From the NCBI GenBank assembly GCA_026770705.1, contig JANJGN010000026.1, positions 40,176,001-40,240,000 of the forward strand: DNA of 64,000 bases, written 5' to 3'. The first letter of the stretch is position 1. Each line of letters begins with the position of its first letter. The notes beneath the pieces are model-generated. The model saw nothing but the letters and a program-made list of their open reading frames with translations, was not told the origin of the DNA and ran no database searches. A program made the position numbers and the translations under genes. Positions 63,951 to 64,000 of this stretch are shown here, piece by piece. The stretch comes from Isurus oxyrinchus (Eukaryota).

Positions 63951-64000
63951 CCACTGGGAATTCCAGTTTGTGCTCAGCAGAGGGCGCTCACACACCGCGA

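Noticed and set aside
1-64000. IgH V, TAILV or NAR-TCR V segments; D/J/C exons; 12-RSS
   Set aside because: No WVRQ/WIRQ..GLEW or VNAR-type frameworks, FGxG J motifs or 12-spacer RSS were recognised by eye

Overview
Vertebrate genomic DNA, most likely from a cartilaginous fish (shark-type SINE, CR1 and Penelope repeats). The window is part of the V-segment array of a T-cell receptor alpha/delta-type locus. It holds about 25 V segments or remnants from several families on both strands; where an RSS survives it is a 3' 22/23-spacer type. No D, J or C exon was seen. Only four V genes look intact (13556+, 24751-, 30515+, 39257+); the rest are pseudogenes. The spacers contain CR1/L2-type and Tx1-type LINEs, tRNA-derived SINEs, Penelope-like elements with minimal hammerhead ribozyme motifs, and two N gaps. 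Highlights: (1) CTCF motifs 21-25 bp downstream of the RSS in two V families, plus many intergenic CTCF motifs; (2) a V family with no leader intron that still carries an RSS; (3) an open V with a VNAR-length CDR2 deletion; (4) a V gene broken by a clean 411-bp internal inversion; (5) a ~2.8-kb inverted three-gene cassette duplication; (6) a 5-copy non-coding element that outlives its V exons. Family letters A-F are my own labels. All alignments were done by eye, so repeat and remnant boundaries are approximate.
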